Shown: in pieces, positions 56,821 to 64,000 of the stretch | Layout: the number at the start of each line of letters is the position of its first letter | Position numbering within the stretch: position 1 is the stretch's first letter | Notes under the pieces: model-generated | What the model was told of the DNA's origin: nothing | Databases searched by the model: none | What the model saw: the letters and a program-made list of their open reading frames with translations, nothing else | Program-made: the position numbers and the translations under genes | Assembly: GCF_902459465.1 (NCBI RefSeq) | Contig: NC_047064.1 | Coordinates: forward strand, 21,452,001 to 21,516,000 | Direction: 5' to 3' | DNA length: 64,000 nt | Source of the DNA: Asterias rubens | Lineage: Eukaryota

Positions 56821-56959
56821 CTAGTGTTGGCAACAGGTTGGTTCGAAACCCATCCTCCGTAAATCTCAATAGCAAACTACTCTTTCCAACATTTGACTCC
56901 CCGACTAGCAGCAGCTTAAGTTGCATGTCATAAGGTGGTTTTTCTAACACATTTGCCAT
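56821..56959 (-). CDS. Extra Rab exon-1 paralogue V2 (P-loop + switch I): MANVLEKPPYDMQLKLLLVGESNVGKSSLLLRFTEDGFRTNLLPTLG
   Basis: ATG in good context (aagATGg), intact GxxxxGKS motif and switch-I Thr, phase-1 donor CTAG|GTAAGT. 139 nt. Confidence 0.8.
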
Positions 56960-57985
56960 CTTGGTTATGGACCAACAATACACATGTATTTGGTGCAAAG
57001 TGTTATTTACGCTCTGTAAATCACTTTGTTGAAAGTCCATTGTGTGATAACAGGAGCAATATACGAAGTGGTTTTGAATTAAAGGGATTTGTTGTTTCTT
57101 TGTGGTAAAATTATATTATTGGCTCAGGACTACATGCAGTATTATAATGGATTTCACAAAAATTGCCTTTGCATTCTTTTGGAGATTATAAATGTAGTTA
57201 GTTGACCAAGAGTGGTCTCCAAAGTAACTGTTGCCAAAAAGAATTGTTCAGTTTATAAGAAAAACACTTTGGATGTTGATATTCATCAAATTTATGAACA
57301 TTTGTCATGTCATTGAAATTGCAATTAACGACCTAGAGCATTGAGCTAGAACTGTTATGTTATAAAATTGTTGTTGTTTTTTATTGGTTTTTTTCATGTG
57401 ACAATTCACTTGAGTCTTTCTTCATTTTCTTCAAAAGTGTCGCGCAGAAAACACGTAAAAAGGAGCAGTACAAATAATGATAATACTTATTGTCAATGCC
57501 CATTGGTCCGGATGATAATAGGTCAGGGTGTGAGTGCAGCACGTAGACCTTTTACCTGCAGCTGCAGTTTTGGAGCTTGGTGTTGATTTATTCTTATTGG
57601 AGCACACTGCCTATATATGTCAATCTTCCCAGTTAAAATAGGCTCGAAATCAATGTTATTCCAGTGAATGGGGCCCAAACCAAACTCCAACTTGGTTTAG
57701 ATCAATTTATTAGGAAAGTACAATTCAAGCTAACACCCATTTATTTCAACATTTATTGTGCATTAGAAACGGTGGATTAACGACCCAGATATCAACAGAT
57801 GATACCCCTCCATGAAAGGTTCCAATTCTATGATACATCGTTGTATTTCTGTGAACAGTCTGGCTCCAGCCTCTAGTTGTTCACTATTATAAGTCTCTAT
57901 GGATCGTTCACATAATATACCGTGATTTATGAACACTTTTGAATGTTGAATGGTTCACTTAGACAATGCCAACATTCGTTCTTAC

Positions 57986-58121
57986 CTATTGTGGAAATAA
58001 ATGTTGCTCTGAACACATCATCTGAAAACCTGCACAGTACACACGTTTTCCCTACACTCGAATCACCAGTAATGAGTATTTTGAAGCGATAATCAAACTC
58101 AGTCTGGTATTTGTCCGCCAT
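57986..58121 (-). CDS. Extra Rab exon-1 paralogue V3: [46 protein letters not shown]
   Basis: aaaATGg start, intact GDSSVGKT and FISTIG, phase-1 donor ATAG|GTAAGA. 136 nt. Confidence 0.82.
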
Positions 58122-59917
58122 TTTTAGCAGGCGTTCATCCGTGACTGTCGGGTGGGTGCAAAGTTTATTAATTTTACCATAACAAAATGTTTATTTACAC
58201 CCCTTATAACCACAATTTGGTACACTACAAAACTAACAGTTCACTGACTATTAAAAGACTTCGCACGCACATCATACACATCAAAATAATACTCTCCGTC
58301 ACTATGGTCCTCGTCTTTGGAATTCGGTTGACCAGACTATCAAAACCTCATCCTCTGTGGCTAGGTTCAAAATATCTTATAAAAGGTTCCTTATTTCCCA
58401 GTATTTAACATAGTTTCTATACCTATGTTCAAATTGAAGTTTTTGCTTTCTTTGTCATTGTCATTTTCTCCAGTAGTTTGGTCGTATGTATGTATGTCTG
58501 TTTGTCTGACGATCTGTCTGTCTGTCTGTTTCGTCTGTGTTTTGTCCTAAGCATTTACCTTTAGTTTTTCTATTTTGTTATGTATAGGCAAGCCGCTACA
58601 AGCTACCTGGCTTATTGTAGGCTTTGCCTCCACGCGTTTTCCGCCAGTTTATTCCTTTTCTGTCATTTATAGATACATGTAGGGCCTATGTTTTCCTATT
58701 GTGGAAATGTTTTGTGGAAATAATTTTTTTTTTTTTAAATTGAACTGACCTATTCTTCTTTGTTTTGTTGCGTTCACAGAACCTCATTCACTCCATCTTA
58801 GAAACTTGGACGTGAAATCTACAGTTTCTAATCAAATACAATAAAGGATGATTTCGGATGCAAACTTCCGCAAACTGTTAAGTGTACTTCTGGCCAAGAA
58901 GGAGATAAGACACCGATGAAGGAAATTTCAGTTTCACTATTAATGGAGGATACCCCAAGGAATTATTCCAGGGAAAACCCACACAGTAGGGACTAACCCA
59001 ATCCACAATGCCTCCCGCGTGATTCGAACCGGGTCCATGAGGTGGACGGCGAGAACAGATACAACTACAACGGCATAAAAGCTGGACTGTGCATAACGCT
59101 GCGAGTTTGATGCATGCATGCAATAGGTTACATCAGAAGAAAAAAAGTGGAAAATAGACTGAAAAGTTACAACGTTGACGTCACAGATTCACAGTGAAAT
59201 CGTTACATCTTGGTTCAACTTTCGTTCGCTATTTTGTGACGTCATATTTGTGATTGCTTTTATGGGGAAGTCTATTGGCATTCAGTGTAAAGATGAATCT
59301 GGATCACAACTCGACTGTTGTCACGAACACGCGACATGACGTAATCCATTGGATGGTGTCACTTGTCGGTGTCGTGGGTCATGGTTAGACGTCACGAGCC
59401 AGACGGAAAGTTGCGATTATTAAAGTCAGGGATCGTTTAATTATAGAAGTGACTTCTTGAACTCCATGAGTTACTAGAGTCGATAACTTTATGATTAAAG
59501 GAATAATAGGCAGACGGTGTTCGAACTGCAAGTCGACTTGCTCCGTCTCAACGCTCCAATGACATCAATGCAGATGGATCATAGAGCTAAATAAGAACTG
59601 GATAAACAACACAACAAAACAGTATACAATCATGTAGACCCAAGTTTCCTCAATAATATTTCAAATACTTGTTATTAAAATGTGTCTTTTTTGTTTTGAA
59701 TCAGAGCAAATGGAGAGGTGTGTGGGTGGGGCTAAGGTTCGTATTCGGGTTCGGGTCAAGGATCGGTTATGCGCACCACAGGATTGTCACCCATCCGTTT
59801 AGGATCGAAATTAAAGTGTTTTGCTATGAATGACGAACACAAATACACAGGTTAAAGGACTATGCTAAAACCCCCAAAACAAACAGTGCCCTTGATGGCG
59901 ACCTACACCGCGAACTG

Positions 59918-60112
59918 GGCCCAATGACATAAAGCTGTTGCAGACAAGACAATAACTGCTTACCAAAGTTGTCTTTGCTAAGCAAAAAATTAGTGTGGCA
60001 CCAGCTGCAACAATGTAAACTTTATGGAATTTTGGCTGGTAACCAGTATCTGTTTAACAATATTTGTCCATGTTATGCAGGTTTCCAGCTTACATGCTTG
60101 TGACAGTGGGCC
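59918..60112. mobile_element. GGCCCA-family MITE just 3' of V4
   Basis: ctg-GGCCCAATGACATAAAGCTG...CAGTGGGCC; the body is similar to 47575-47932. Confidence 0.6.
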
Positions 60113-60205
60113 CGTGCACTTCACCGTGCTGACGTGCTATTCGGTCCCATGGGGGGGGGGGGGGGTAACGGATTCCCGCCATATCTTGCATATGTTGATA
60201 CTTAC

Positions 60206-60332
60206 CAATTGTATGAATGAAGACTCCACTAAAAGTATCCTCAGAGAATCGCCAAATCACAGCCGTCTTTCCAACACCAGAATCACCAATGAACAGAATC
60301 TTGTACAAATATTCATAGCCTCTGGAAGCCAT
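60206..60332 (-). CDS. Extra Rab exon-1 paralogue V4: [43 protein letters not shown] (possible in-frame extension to ATG 60425 or 60464)
   Basis: Intact GDSGVGKT and switch-I Thr, phase-1 donor ATTG|GTAAGT. 127 nt from ATG 60332. Confidence 0.82.
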
Positions 60333-61842
60333 TATAAGTTGAGTCACACCGTGTTCCGGTATGTATGAAGTCGAGGCTGGAGGTGGCGGGGCTTGACGCC
60401 GTACAGCGGCGGCAGTGGCCGGCATGAGGCCGGAGTAGTGGGCCGATGACCAATTTATCTGCATTACACAATAAGGCAATCAGTAATTGAAAAACATAAA
60501 GGCAACGAACCTTTTATACACAGGATATGCGGCAAGCCGAACAATAAAAATGATTTCCCTTGATGATGGCTTTCGTTATGGTTTCCTAGTAATAATTTTG
60601 AGTTCCTGACTGTTCAAAACTTTCCCGGGTGAAACCCGGAGGCTATGACTTCTACCGTTGCAATTGTTTTTGTTTGTTTCACCACCAAAACAAATCATCT
60701 CTTGGCCGTCTCCATAATATACAAAAGTTTTCATTCAGATTTCTTGAACTATGATGGATAGTACATTGTAAAACCTTACGGAAATATGACAAATAGAATA
60801 TGCCCGGCCCCACGAGGAATCTGGGGGTAGTTGATTCCGGAAATAGGTCATCGGACTACTCACGGGTATGGAGAAGGTGAACGCACCGCAGCGATACAAG
60901 CTTGTAGATGTTACTTATCAGCCAGTACAAACACAACTTGAAGACCGTTGCTACGATAGTTAGATTTTTTAATTCCCACATTTTTTGCAGTTCTAAAATT
61001 CTACTCTTAAGCTAGAGTGTTGCTCACTGCCTGTCGTAGAATGTCGCAAGGTCGCTGTCGTGGATCGTACACCCATGTCGAACTGACCACCAAGCGTGAA
61101 TACAAGGGTCTAAATTCTTCTGCGTCTCCTTGCTCTATGGTCTAGGTAAAACAGACTCAAAAGACGAAGTCAACAAATAAGTTTTAAGGTGCCCTAATTC
61201 GCTAGACTTCGCGATCCGCCCTAACATTGAAACAATGAGATTCACCCATTGCGGACATACACAATGCAAATTATAATTTCCTTTATAATACAATTGAGGA
61301 AACTTCGCATTGTTGTGAGTTCCTATTCTGACAACTGCGTAATTCGCTGGCGGTGGGGTCGCGACCACATAATTGGGCCACTCCCATGTTATTGAGTTTG
61401 TTCAAATTATTTTTCTTAATCTTTAGCAATTTAAGGACCTAATGCTTGATGGTTGTGATCGTAGTCGATGCACAGCACAGACCCAGTGGTTGTTTCGGCG
61501 TCAATGTTGTTAATGACTTCTTCTTCTTCTTCTTTTTTTTTTTTGGGGGGGGGGGGGTGCGTCCCGCGGCGTAGACAGGAATTTTAATTTGCTTTTTAAA
61601 GAGATAGAAATTGTCTAAGTTTTCATGTTTTGTTATAATTGAAGCAGAGACAAGATAAGCCCGACCGTGCACCGTCTGCATAGGAGACCCCCCCCCCCGA
61701 AAGATGAAGAAAACGAAAGGAAGTGATCGAGCATGTAATTAGAAAGACCTCATCAACGAATATATCGTCATCGTCAGCAAAATGGTCTAAAAGATTTTGT
61801 TTTATAATTTTGTGATGGAGTCAAAAAGTAATGTCAACAATT

Positions 61843-62399
61843 CGGTAACGATCGGTGTCGCATGCAATTATGTCCTCTATGCAATACTATCGGAAAACAT
61901 TATTGTGCATGTGCAATAATGTCCGCCGGACGGTTTTGCATATGCAATCGTGTCCGCCCGGATGCTGCCGCATAATGCAAGTCTGTCTGCCCGGACACAT
62001 TTGCATATGCAGTTGTGTCCGCCCCCGTGCAAAACCGTCCTTGCAGTAAATTAAACGCCCTTAGTCGACGGAACACGTTCGCCATTTTTTACAAGCTTAG
62101 TGCATGTCGTGAATGACATAGGTAATGTTCGGCCGTTGGGTATTCGCTGCAATCACAGTGCTGCATAATTATGTAGGTTCGTTCAGTTTATTGCTCCATG
62201 GTTCGTTGCATGCACGCTCGCTTACGCACGCACATACATGTACAGTTGTTCCGCCCCAACTTGATAACGATTATCAAGTTGGGACGGAACACAGTCATGT
62301 ACATGTCCGTCGGACGGTTTTTGCATAACCCCGGACACGATTGCATGGAGCGGACAATATTGCATGGCGGACACAATTGCATCTGACACCGGCGTTACC
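61843..62399. mobile_element. About 555-bp MITE with many subterminal gtccg/cggac motifs
   Basis: TIRs ggtaacg..cggtgtcgcatgcaatt / aattgcatctgacaccgg.cgttacc. Confidence 0.65.
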
Positions 62400-63624
62400 T
62401 CGCCCCCCCCCCCTCCACCCCGCTCACTAGACAGTTAGCCAAACCATCCACTCCAACCATGTTTGTGGATCCGCCATATAAGCTCTTAGCACAATTTATC
62501 TAAGAAAAAGTGTATCAGTTTGATTCCCACTCAACTGGTTCAAAAGTACAGAATTTTCACTAAAATTAAATCATGATCCAGACTATGCATGCACTACCTC
62601 CATGCACTGACTGTGGGTGATAATTAATTGCCTTCAAAGTGCTGTAGCGCCACCACGAGTGTCCTTTTAACAGACCACTGGTTCCATACCTAAGCGTGTG
62701 CGCTAAGAAGTGTACGGACACCAGCGATAAATGGAGCTGGGGGAAATGGTCACGTGACCCTGTTCTCTTTCCACAAGGACCTAAAAAATCCAGCACCATG
62801 CCTGTGAGTTTCGATCGGATATTTACGTTTTTTGACATAAATGAAAAGTTAGGTTGGGTTGTAAATGACCATATTCTGTACACAATTGAGTACAGATGAC
62901 ATTAAGGGGGTTAAATAGGTTGCTCGGTTGTTAGAACCAGGGTATTAATTAATGTAAAAATTAACGTGATTGTGGAAATTTCGTTCGGGTCGTCGTCCAT
63001 TTTGTATGTACATGGCACCCTTCTACGCCATGCATGCATAAGCATGGTGGCTGTTGCGTTGCACAACACTACGAAATTTCTCATGATTATCGTTCTCTGA
63101 ATTTTGAATCAAAATAAGAGCTGTACCCTACGGATAACTTTCCGTATGGCGCCACCACTTTTTCACTCATTTTTACAAAAAGGGATATATCAATCAGGTA
63201 AATTAGATACTATATTATTTTATTTCGAATGAAAAAGTGGTGGCGCCTTACGGAAACTTTTCCTACCCTACTTCTTGTTTAAATTATGTTGAACTTTATT
63301 TTTTAAATAAAAATGTCATTGTCGTCGTAATTTAATTCATGAGGAATTGGGTTTGTCGGGATCGGAAATGGTTTCTTAATCTTAATCTTAAGTTCTTGGG
63401 GGTGGGGGGGGGGGGCTGAGAAAACCCCAATATAATTGTTTTGTTCGAAAGTTGTTTTAAATTTAATAATTTATGAATTTGGTTTGGCTGGTTACTGTAG
63501 TGAATAGTTTATTTTTGTAGAACAGGGAATAGGCCTAGTATAGTAGCTGAACTGCTAACAGTGGCCTAGTCATTTTTCTAAAAACCGTACAGGTAGGCCT
63601 ATATTTATGTGTTGAATTTCGTCA

Positions 63625-64000
63625 GCGGTTTCACGAAGTAGCACTCACTGCTATACCAGCAAAAAACAACAATCAAAGAAAACGGCCTCTGAAGTTGAAC
63701 ACTTTTTAGAAACCCGCCTCCCTTCAAAACTTCAAAGTATTTCCATTTAAATTTTTCAATGTAGATACTTGATGACTTGAACTTATCAATTAATCTTATT
63801 TTGACTCATTTGCATAATTAATTATGAAACTAGACACGAGAAGATGCGTGCTACTTCGTGAAACCCAAAAAGTGCAAAATATGTCTTTTTTCGTTTTCAC
63901 GAAGTAGCACTCGCCTATGCTACAACACAGCATTTTGTATTGAATTTTGAAACTAGGTCAGCGCGCGCGCTCACACAACTTACGTGCTACTTCGTGAAAA
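63625..64000. mobile_element. Two adjacent elements with TTTCACGAAGTAGCAC termini
   Basis: tttcacgaagtagcac at about 63630 and 63895 pair with gtgctacttcgtgaaa at about 63850 and 63985. Confidence 0.6.

Noticed and set aside
57556-57660. NIDFEP...KLQLQ on the - strand as a private exon 2 for V3
   Set aside because: The spacing between IDF and KLQ is far longer than the 61-nt exon 2, there is no Trp or phase match, no acceptor is evident and no later exons follow.

Overview
AT-rich, intron-containing animal genomic DNA. It is probably an invertebrate deuterostome such as a sea star; this is inferred from gene structure and repeat landscape and was not verified. Six genes could be reconstructed exon by exon: the 3' part of a ZNF280/POGZ-like C2H2 zinc-finger gene (+), centrin-3 (-, 5 exons), a C/EBP/PAR-type bZIP factor (+), a four-TM2-domain membrane protein with a PPxY tail (+), HINT1 (+) and Rab8 (-, 8 exons). 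The standout observation is upstream of Rab8. Three extra, intact but diverged exon-1 paralogues lie there (56821-56959, 57986-58121, 60206-60332). Each encodes its own P-loop and switch I and ends in the same phase-1 G|GTAAG donor. I found no downstream exons of their own, so the only compatible acceptor I can see is Rab8 exon 2. This suggests a variable-first-exon/constant-body GTPase locus of the protocadherin/UGT1A type. Second, the bZIP leader has an ATF4-like layout: tiny uORFs plus a strong out-of-frame uORF overlapping the main start. Intergenic and intronic DNA is dense with non-autonomous DNA transposons (TTAA, AT and CWG target sites), tRNA-derived SINEs, a 31-bp minisatellite and long palindromes. 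All splicing and expression claims are predictions from sequence alone.
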